Shown piece by piece: positions 38,572 to 47,552 of a stretch of DNA of 47,552 bases. A program made the position numbers and the translations under genes. The stretch is from assembly GCF_006345805.1 (NCBI RefSeq), contig NW_021835688.1, positions 1 to 47,552 on the forward strand, in the 5' to 3' direction. The notes beneath the pieces were generated by a model. That model made no database searches. It was not told the origin of the DNA and saw only the letters and a program-made list of their open reading frames with translations. This DNA comes from Octopus sinensis. Taxonomy: Eukaryota. Position 1 is the first letter of the stretch. Each line of letters starts with the position of its first letter.

Positions 38572-38723
38572 CATAATCATCATCATCATCATCATTTTTC
38601 CCCTTCTTTCTTCAAATCTTCTTCCGTTTCTCGCCGAGTGTTTTCCGTACATCTACGGCAGAGAAGCTCATGTATACATTCCCAGATTACATGCGCAAAT
38701 TCACAGAGGTTTTATTATTATTA

Positions 38724-38777
<54 letters not shown>

Positions 38778-38822
38778 CATCATTATTATTATTATTATAT
38801 TATATCATCATCATTATTATTA

Positions 38823-38860
<38 letters not shown>

Positions 38861-38957
38861 TATTATTATATTAGTATTATTATTCAGGTCACTGCCTGGA
38901 ATCGAACTCGGAATGTTGGGGTTTAGTAGCTCGTGCTCTTAACCACTACGCCATATG
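38363..38957 (-). mobile_element. Candidate composite SINE: tRNA-like head (38957-38884), (AAT)n linker, hammerhead tail H3 (38513-38363)
   Basis: A-box TGGCGTAGTGG (38953-38943), B-box GAGTTCGATTC (38909-38899); tail homologous to H1/H2; head-tail linkage inferred from one copy. Confidence 0.6.
38417..38462 (-). ncRNA. Minimal type I hammerhead ribozyme motif H3
   Basis: RNA: GACAC CUGAUGA A GGCUG-gaggguauau-CAGUC GAA ACGU U | GUGUU; the one stem II change keeps a G.U pair. Confidence 0.72.
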
Positions 38958-39452
38958 CTAACTAGTTACGAGTTTGTTTATTCCAGTAACATAAAAATCA
39001 GGAGTTCTGGAGCTGATGAACTCTTTGAACGCACTTTCAGCATCGGTTTGATTTTTCGAACTCCTTCTCTCGCAGGAGATCAAGGTGCTTGAAAAAGTGG
39101 TAGTTGGTAGGAGAAAGGTCAGAGGAATAAGCTAGCTGGCGAAGAACTTCACTACGCTATATGCCCTCGGGCATATATATATATAATATATATGCATATA
39201 ATAATATATATGCATATATACATACGTATATGTACATATTTACATCTATATGAATATACATATGCACATGTGGGCACAGGACGTCACTTAACGAGTACAA
39301 CATAAACAATACGATGTACGAGTACATGGAATATGAACTATTTTTCGAACAACGAAAGACGCATATGGAAAACACGACAAATAACATAAAAGAACTTGTT
39401 TTTCTAATCTCGTATTTCGAGCATTTAACAACAATATACGCTTATACATACA

Positions 39453-39516
<64 letters not shown>

Positions 39517-39734
39517 TCTTTAAATCCTCCCTTTCACACACTCATACGTCGAGACTGGCGGGAGTAGCCATCATATATTTATGTAGTTATATGTGCGTAT
39601 GTGTTTATATGTGTATGTACACACACACATGCTTGTTTTGATGCCAAGTATGTTTATTAAAAAGCAGTTTTACTTTAAATAATAGAAATATTTCTCAATA
39701 CTATTTTGTAGAGTCAGGTGGTCAACTTGGAAGA

Positions 39735-39925
39735 ATCCTTACCAAGCCGGTTAAAATACTTAGCGGCATTTCGTCCGTGTTTACGTTCTGTGTTCAAATT
39801 CCGCCGGTGTTGACTTGGCCTTTCATACTTTTGGGATCGATAAAATAAATACCAGTTGTGCACTGGGGTCGATTTGATCGACCTATCTCTCCCACAAAAT
39901 TGCAGGTGTTGTGCTAAAATTTGAA
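39735..39925 (+). mobile_element. SINE family M, tail 2, 5'-truncated
   Basis: AAATACTTAGCGGCATTTCGTC..TTCAAATTCCGCC..CTTTCATACTTTTGGGATCGAT. Confidence 0.8.
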
Positions 39926-40013
39926 ACCAATATTATTTTGGAAATTACGTGTGTGTTTATTCGCTTTTTTTATAAGAAGAGAGGAGTCAGTAATTTCAAA
40001 GTCTCGGCCTGCT

Positions 40014-40049
<36 letters not shown>

Positions 40050-40544
40050 TGTGTGTGTGTGTGTGTTGTGTTTGTGTGTGTGTGTGCGCGCGCGCGTGCG
40101 TGTGCGTGTGTATGCGTTTCCTTGCGTATATTTTAAGTTCTACGTTAGTTGACTTCTGGAAATATTACGTTTGTTTATAGTTTCACTTTTGATTTGGGAA
40201 ATCGAAAATCTTTCTGGTTTTATGAAGACCGGCTTCTCAAGATTGGTACAAAGGCAATTAGTTATATACCAAAGTTTACCAATAATCACAGGTTTTGTCC
40301 AGACATAGTATTTTTCAGATTTTTCATTAGTTCAACATAGATTACTGTTTCTTTTTCTTTTTTTTTTTGTTTTTCTTCTTTTTTTCTCTATCTTAAACAT
40401 TACGATTACGTCCACTGAGCAATTGATTTCTACAAATGTGCACAATTTTTGCTCTTTCTCAAGTCATTATATTTGGTCTATTGTAATTCGATTTCACAGT
40501 GGCTTTATCAAGAATATTTCTTTGCATTATAGAAGAATATCAGA

Positions 40545-41025
40545 CGGTGAGTAGACAGAATCGTTATCGCGGCGAATGAGATACTTAGCAGTATTTCGTT
40601 TCGGTTCTAAACGTAACAAGCTCAAAATCTCGTCGAAGTCAGCTTTTGCTTTTCATCCTTTCGTGGTCGATAAAATAAAGTACCTGTATCATCTCTTGTG
40701 AAAGTTAGAAGAGTCCAGTTTGCTGGACATTGTTGTAGAGCTGAAAATGAGGTAATTTCTACTCTTCTCCTCTGGAAGCCATCTGCTCGCGATACCAGAG
40801 GGCGCACACTCTCCTACCCTGATGTAATCTCCAGGGATACAGGCATCAAGCAACAGGACCTCCGTAATGCTATGATGGATCGTGAAGTCTGGCGTAGCAT
40901 GGTAAATTCCATTGTCTCGACGACGGTCGAACAATGATGTTGAAAGTACCTGTCACATTCAAGGGTCGCGGCAATCGACTTGCAACCTGCCCTCAAAATT
41001 GTTAACCTTGTGCCAAAATTATTAT
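40545..41025 (+). mobile_element. Diverged SINE M split by an RTE insertion
   Basis: Core ends AAAGTACCTGT at 40687 and resumes at 40943. Confidence 0.7.
40688..40942 (+). mobile_element. RTE-clade LINE 3' fragment with 11-bp TSD
   Basis: VRRVQFAGHCCRAENEVISTLLLWKP..GRTLSYPDVISRDTG..AMMDREVWR; TSD AAAGTACCTGT (40677-40687, 40943-40953). Confidence 0.88.
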
Positions 41026-41096
41026 GGATCATAGAGGAACATGTCACTGCAGCATGGTCTATGTTTATCTAGAGAACCATTGATTTTCTAGATACC

Positions 41097-41328
41097 TATT
41101 TCTTTATTGCCCACAAGGGGCTACACACAGAGGGGACAAACAAGGACAGACAAACGGATTAAGTCTATTACATCGATCCCAGTGCGTGACTGGTACTTAA
41201 TTTATCGACCCCGAAAGGATGAAAGGCAAAGTCAAACTCTGCGGAATTTGAACTCAGAACGCAGCGGCTGACGAAATACCACAAAGCATTTTGCCCGGCG
41301 TGTTAACATTTCTGCCAGCTGGCCGCCT
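41097..41328 (-). mobile_element. SINE family M, tail 1, with 13-bp TSD
   Basis: TTTTCTAGATA(C/T)C at 41084-41096 and 41332-41344. Confidence 0.92.
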
Positions 41329-41679
41329 TGCTTTTCTAGATATCTTCAAAATTAGAACTCACTGGAAACATTTTCATGGAAGTAGACTTTAAAAATGTTT
41401 GTTTTCTCTCTCGATTGCAAAGCTATTAACTCAGTGAAATGCAAAAAAAAAAAAATAAATAAATAAAAAATAAAAAATAAAAAACACTTTCCATGAATTC
41501 CTTCCAGACTGTTGTTATTTTTCATCCATAGAAAATGTGTCTCTTTATAACATGTTTAATTAATTTATTTCAGGTTATGTCATGCAGGTGAATATTAAAA
41601 AGAATAAAATGTATAATTAACACAGTCTATAAAGTTTAAGAACTTTGTAATAGGCAACAAAAATACGTATACATATGTG

Positions 41680-41805
41680 TTCCACGCCGAGGTCGACTTT
41701 ACCTTTCATCCTTTCGGGGTCGATAAATTAAGCATCAGTTGCGTACTGGGGTCGATCTAATCGACTGGCTCCCTTCTCCAAAATTTCGGCCCCTGTGATT
41801 AGAGT
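41680..41805 (+). mobile_element. SINE M core plus tail 2 fragment
   Basis: GCCGAGGTCGACTTTACCTTTCATCCTTTCGGGGTCG. Confidence 0.8.
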
Positions 41806-41847
41806 GTATGTTAAGATATTAAGATATATTCAATACATTATAATATG

Positions 41848-43173
41848 CAGGGGTTGTCAAAAATTAAGTGCAATAATTTAATTTACTGCTAAACTCTTTT
41901 CAATTGCAATAATTTATTGCGAAGATTGCAATTAATTGCAATCCAATTCCCTTTGTTCAAGAAGTCTTCGGTAAAAATATAAAATCAGAAAGCCACAGAG
42001 CTGGCTACAGACGAAAAGGAATCTGTTGTAACCTTAAAGCTGCCCAATACACCAGAACAAGAAACGGTTTTGGATGATGAATCGGACAACTTCGCTTGCA
42101 ATGTCCTCAAAAATCGTGGAAGCCAGATGGGTGGTAGCCAACCACGTTATATTAATGCAGCATTCATTTTGCCAACGACTAGCTTGGTTGAAAGTTTCTT
42201 CAGTGTAGCAGCGAATGTCTTCGATGATACAAGACATCAATTATCACCTGTATATCTGGCGATGAGGAGGTGCAATGGCCCAGTGGTTAGGGCAACAGAC
42301 TCGCTGTTGTAGGGTCGCGGTTTCGATTCCCAGACCGGGCGTTGTGAGTGTTTATTGAGCGAAAAATACCTAAAGCTCCACGAGGCTCCGGCAGGGGGTG
42401 GTGGCGATCCCTGCTGTACTCTTTCGCCACAACTTTCTCTCACTCGTTCTTCTGTTGGCCTGCTCGCTTAGCCAGCGGGGTGGCGTTGTTTGAAGGCTAA
42501 AACAATGCGAAGCGCATTGTGACCATCGATGTATGGCAACATCTGATAGTCTGGTCGGTCACGGTGATCATGGTGATATCTGGAGATGCAACTGCTTTTA
42601 AGAGTAAATGACCATCTTTGGGATAACGAACTTGTTTCGCGTATCGTTTCATCCAATCCCCTCATGTAAATTGTTAAATGCATACTCATTTTAATTGCTA
42701 ATAGTATGAAACCGTCCTTTTCCCATTCATACGTTTTTTTACTGTCTTGATTGGGGTGGTATGGGCCCTAAGGGGAGCATTGTAGGTATGTTTTTCCATC
42801 CGAGGTCACATCAGACATTGGTGGTCGATTTTGTCATTCTGGCAGGCGGTGTAAGAATTTTTAGAAAATTGTGGGTGATCCAAACATCTTTCGAACAGCA
42901 AAGAAATAGATTAATCAAAATTGAGAAAGGAGAGCTTTCATTAGAAATGTACTTTTATTTTTGCAAAAAATAACGTTTTTGGATGCGTAAAAAATTTACA
43001 GGGGGATTTTCTAGAGAGCATTATAATTTATTGAAATTAATTACAATTATTTATTGCATTTATTGCAACGCAAGAAAATTGCAATTAATTTATTGCAAAA
43101 ATAAAATGCAATAAATTCATTGTAACGAAAGAAATTTATTACAAGCTCTGCAATGCATTTTTGACAATGCCTG
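41848..43173 (+). mobile_element. Non-autonomous hAT element with TIRs, subterminal repeats and transposase C-terminus
   Basis: TIR CAGGGGTTGTCAAAAA vs CAGGCATTGTCAAAAA (14/16); flanks ATAATATG/ATATAATG; TGCAATAA/TTATTGCA repeats at both ends; FILPTTSLVESFFSVA..DTRHQLSPVYL|EMQLLLRVNDHLWD. Confidence 0.8.
42265..42575 (+). mobile_element. SINE family B, tail iii, inserted in the hAT relic
   Basis: TSD ATATCTGG(C/A)GATG (42252-42264, 42576-42588); tail ends CACGGTGATCATGGTGAT. Confidence 0.9.
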
Positions 43174-43221
43174 ATATAATGTGTCTATAATGTACATAGG
43201 TATGTAATGTATATATGTATT

Positions 43222-43382
43222 GCGTAGGAGTGGCTGTGTGGTAAGTAGCTTGCTTACCAACCACATGGTTCCGGGTTCAGTCCCACTGCGAGGCATCATG
43301 GGCAATTGTCTTCTACTATAGTCTCGGGCCGACCAAAGCCTTGTGAGTGGATTTGGTAAACGGAAACTGACAAGAAGCTCGT

Positions 43383-43430
<48 letters not shown>

Positions 43431-43704
43431 ATATATGTATATATATGTATATATGTGTATATATATATGTATGTGTGTGTGTAGACGTTTGTGTGTCTGT
43501 GTTTGTCCTCCCAACATCGCTTGACAACCGATGCTGGTGTGTTTACGGCTTTAACGTAACTTTAGCGGTTCGGCAAAAGAGACTCGATCGAATAAGTACT
43601 AGGCTTACAAAGAATAAGTCCTAGGGTCGATTTGATTCGACTTAAAGGCGGTGCTCCAGCATGGCCACTGCCAAATGACTGAAACAAGTAAAAGAGTAAA
43701 AGAG
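43222..43704 (+). mobile_element. SINE family A, full length
   Basis: Head, core and tail match; ends (GAGTAAAA)n. Confidence 0.92.
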
Positions 43705-44118
43705 TATATATGTGTGTATGTTTGCATGCAGGCGTCTATGTATGCGTGAGCATGCGCACGAGATAGTACTTTGTGATTGCACAAGCCTTTACAAACCAGA
43801 CCCTGACAGACAGACAGACTGAGAGACAGACAGACAGGTATGTAGGCAGACAGGCAGGCAGAGCAGTAGACAAACAGGAAGCTGTCATCATTGAAAGCGT
43901 AATACCGTAACAGATATAGATAAATAGAGGCAAGAGGAAAGTGCGCGCCTGAGAGAGAGAGAGAGAGAGGAATAGAGAGGCAAACAGAGAGAGTGTGTGA
44001 GTGAAGGAGAAGAGAGAAGGGGAGTGGGGGAGAGTGTGAGGTTTGCTTATGAGAGAGAGAAAGTCAAAGCGGTTGCTATCGATCATGCTTTATTCATTGG
44101 TTTCATATTGTATTTCCT

Positions 44119-44220
44119 TGATTGACAGTCGTCGAAGTTCTTGTGTGTCGTATCTGTTTGTTTCAACAGTTGGTCTTCTATAACGGCGTTGAAAGAGGGT
44201 CGCATTAACCCCATAAATCA
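44119..44220. promoter_or_regulatory. Candidate TALE/Hox enhancer: TGATTGACAG (44119-44128, +) and TGATTTATGG (44211-44220, -)
   Basis: Exact Pbx-Meis/Prep and Pbx-Hox consensus decamers ~90 bp apart in unique DNA; motif match only. Confidence 0.3.
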
Positions 44221-44229
44221 TGTATTCGC

Positions 44230-45360
44230 TTCTGTTGTGTGTAGGTGTGTAGATATGTGTATGTGTGTGTGTGTGTGTGTGTAGGTGTGCGTGATGTATG
44301 TGTGTGTGTGTAGGTGTGTATATGTCAGTGTGTATGTGTTTGTTTGAGTGTGCTTGTATGTGTGTGTGTGTGTGTGTTTGAGTGTGTGTGTGGTGTGTGT
44401 AGATGTGTGTGTGTGGTGCATATGTCAGTGTGTGTGCGTGAGTGTGTATGAGAGTGTGTGCGTGTGTGCAGGTGAGTGAGTGTTTGCTTGTGTATGTATC
44501 AGTGTGTGTGTGTGGTGTATATGTCAGTGTGTGTAATGTATATGCATGTGTGCGTGTGTGTGTGTGTGTTTGAGTGTGTGTGTGTGTGTAGATGTGTGTG
44601 TGTGGTGTATATGTCAGTGTGTGTGCGTGTGTGTGTGTGTGAATGTGTGTATGCGTGTGCCGGTGAGTGAGTGCCTGCTTGTGTATATAACAGTGTGTGT
44701 GTTGTGTGTATGTCAGTGTGTGTGTGTGTGTGTATGTGTGTGTATGTGTGTAGTTGAGTGAGTGTCTGCTTGTGTATATGTCAGTGTGTGTGGTGCATGT
44801 GTAAGTGTGTGTGTGGCGTATATGTCAGTGTGTGTAGTGTATATGCATGTGTGTGGTGTATATGCATATGTGTGTGTAGGTGAGTGAGTGTATGTGTGTG
44901 TGTGTGTAGGTGTGTATATGTCAGTGTGCGTGGTGTATGTGTAAGTGTGTGTGTGGTGTATATGTCAGAGTGTGTAGTGTATATGCATGTGTGCGTGTGC
45001 GTATGTGTGTGTTTCAGTGTGTGTGCAGGTGAGCGAGTGTCTACTTGTGTATATGTCAGTGTGTATGATGTATATGTATGTGTGCGTGCATCTTTGTGTT
45101 TGTGTGTGTTTGAGTGTGTGTGTGTGTGTGTATATATAGCTGAGTGAGTGTATGCTTGTATATATGTGTATGTGGTGTACATGCATGTGTGCATAAGGGT
45201 GTGTGTGTGTGTAAGTTAGTGAGTGTCTGCTTGTGTATATGTCAGTGTTTGTGGTGTATATACATGTGTGCGCGCGTGTGTGTGTATGTGTGTAGATGAG
45301 TGAGTGTCTGCTTGTATATATGTGTGTGTGGTGTATATACATGTGTGTGTGAGTGTGTGT
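44230..45360. repeat. Complex (TG)-rich minisatellite with recurring TATATGTCAGTGTG and GTGAGTGAGTGTCTGCTTG units
   Basis: Direct inspection. Confidence 0.9.
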
Positions 45361-45839
45361 GTCTGTTCTGCGCATTATCTGTTCTTTATTCTCCCCTTTA
45401 AACATTTATATTTGCCTTTGTGTATGTATATGTATAAGTATGTGTGTGTGTGTTTATGTGCATGTGTGCGAATGTGACAGTGCGTGTGGATATTGTCCCA
45501 TAACTGGGGTCGATGTAATTGACTTAATCCGTTTGTCTGTCCTTGTTTGTCCCGTCTGTCCTTGTTTGTTACCTTGTGGGTAATAAAGAAACATAATAAA
45601 CCGACAAAACAAAAAGCAAAATTTTCAAAGAAACGCGAACGCCACATCCATTGCCGCCACCACATCCTCCGTGGCCGCCACAACAGTTTCTGCTGTCGCC
45701 GGTAAAGCCGCTACAGCCATGACAAGAAATGCTGAAAAGAGGAATTCTATTGTGTTTGCAGCAAGAAATCTGGGAGGTTTCCCTACAGATGAAAAAAAAA
45801 AAAAAGGATTGATATCTTGTCCGAAAAATTGTGAAAAGA

Positions 45840-45893
<54 letters not shown>

Positions 45894-46427
45894 GAATGAG
45901 AAAGTAGCGCATGCCATCAAAGTGGCACTTGGGTACAATTATACGAAGCCCAATGTACCCAACATGACTACCGGTCTGATAAGGGTACACCGGGTACATA
46001 CATCACAACCATATGTGCGCGACATGGTGATCAAGATAAACAGCGCATGACCTTGCAGGTAGGGCCCAGTTAGAACTTTCCTGACGTTGAGTAGCCCAAC
46101 CCGCTCAAAAGGTCCCTGAATAAGGTTTGTTTAAAACCCGTGTTTCCAAGGGCTGAATTATTCAAACCTCAAAGAAATCCTCTAAACACATGGCTATGAT
46201 GCTACCCTACTAATTCTACTCGTGAGCAGAGATGCACATATCGTCAGCCACTAAGGGACATGGTCAACTGGTTAAGGTCAAACAACTGACAAGCAAATCT
46301 GTGGTATTGAGCAGAATATTTGCTGTAGCCCATCTTTTATACTATGACAAAACGATGTACATGATAACACTTCCAATCGGTTAAGATCAGAAGCCACGAG
46401 AGCCACTGCCTAGTACTGCATCAGAGC

Positions 46428-46430
<3 letters not shown>
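45894..46430 (-). mobile_element. ~535-bp non-coding element embedded in (TAA)n, copy 2
   Basis: Colinear with 15626-16162, same ends, same orientation. Confidence 0.85.
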
Positions 46431-46496
<66 letters not shown>

Positions 46497-46891
46497 ACTA
46501 CTAAAGAAAAGAACTTAATTTATTATTGCTTGCAATGACGAACCAACGAAAGATCGTACGATCGTATTTCATTGCACACCTGTTAAATTTTGCATCGGAA
46601 GGGCGGAGAAACACTTCACTTGAATACACAGCTATGAAAAAGTTGTATTGATTTACATGCACGCATTTATATATTCTTTTCTGGCTCTTAATGTGGCTAC
46701 ACTCGGGTATCTGACTTCAAAGCGCTTTTTTTTTTAAATCGTTTATATCGACCCAAGTAGCCATATACATTTTATCGATCTATATTCATCTTTGCACAAG
46801 GACGAAAAGCTCAGCAAGGCAATTTTCTCCGTCGAACTGACACACATTCGTTTACGTGATACGTATGTATGTATGCGCATGCGTGTGTATG

Positions 46892-47383
46892 CTCTTTACT
46901 CTTTTACTTGCTTCAGTCATTTGAATGCGGCCATGCTGGAGCACCACCTTTAGTCGAGCAGATCGATGCCGGGACTTATTCTTTGTAAGCCTAGTACTTA
47001 TTCTATCGGTCTCTATCTGCTGAACCGCTAAGTTACGGGTACGTAAATACACCAGCATCGGTTGTCAAGCGATGTTGAGGGTGGGGGACACTTGCCCAAA
47101 GTGCCACGCAGTGGCACCTTGGGCAAGTGTATTCTGCAATAGCTTCGGGCCGGCCAAAGCCTTGTGAGTGGATTTGGTAGACAGAAACTGAAAGAAGCCC
47201 GTCGTATATATGTACATATATATATATATATATATATACGACGGGCTTCCTAGGGGCAAAAGAGACCGATAGAATAAGTACTGGGCTTACAAAGAATAAG
47301 TCCTGGGGTCGATTTGCGCGACTAAAGGCGGTGCTCCAGCATAGCCACAGTCAAAATTATTGAAACAAGTAAAAGAGTAAAAG
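46892..47383. mobile_element. Rearranged fold-back SINE A (-/+/-/+ segments)
   Basis: Hairpin junctions at 47087-47130 and 47195-47249; tails at both ends point outward. Confidence 0.85.
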
Positions 47384-47552
47384 ATATATATTAATTGTAA
47401 TGACTGAGGAACTTATAGTCCTCAGCTCTGAGTGCACAGGTTCTTATAGCAGAAACTGATGTAAGCTAAAGAAGTCGAATATCGAAATCCTATTTTTTTT
47501 TTTGTCATTCATCAATATTACACATTGTTCTCGATTAGTGCTATATTCTAAA

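Noticed and set aside
45600-45895. Ala/Thr-rich ORF MAATTVSAVAGKAATAM
   Set aside because: Short low-complexity stretch running into poly-A and (TAT)n; no recognisable domain
46380-46430. HDV-like or hammerhead ribozyme at the 5' end of the 535-bp element
   Set aside because: A P3/L3-like hairpin can be drawn, but no P1 partner exists; CTGATGC lacks the core A and there is no GAAA

Overview
Eukaryotic, AT-rich, microsatellite-saturated DNA. The repeat repertoire resembles what I recall of coleoid cephalopod (Octopus-like) genomes; this assignment is an inference. No complete protein-coding gene is supported. Almost all supplied ORFs are translations of simple repeats or of decayed transposons. 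The window reads as intron or intergenic DNA. It contains four families of tRNA-headed SINEs, which I label A, B, D and M and which swap heads, cores and tails. It also has relics of CR1, RTE, R4/Dong-like and Penelope-like retroelements, and mariner, Tigger/pogo and hAT DNA-transposon relics. An 18-bp minisatellite appears to have expanded inside a Tigger transposase, and a ~535-bp element sits twice in (TAA)n tracts. The most notable signal is three near-intact minimal type I hammerhead ribozyme motifs (9533-9578 minus, 9797-9841 plus, 38417-38462 minus) in a shared ~185-bp repeat. One copy lies downstream of a tRNA-like Pol III head and an (AAT)n linker, which suggests a ribozyme-tailed SINE that depends on a Penelope-like element. 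Weaker candidates are a signal-peptide-like first exon (8621-8714 minus) and a Pbx/Meis plus Pbx/Hox site pair (44119-44220).
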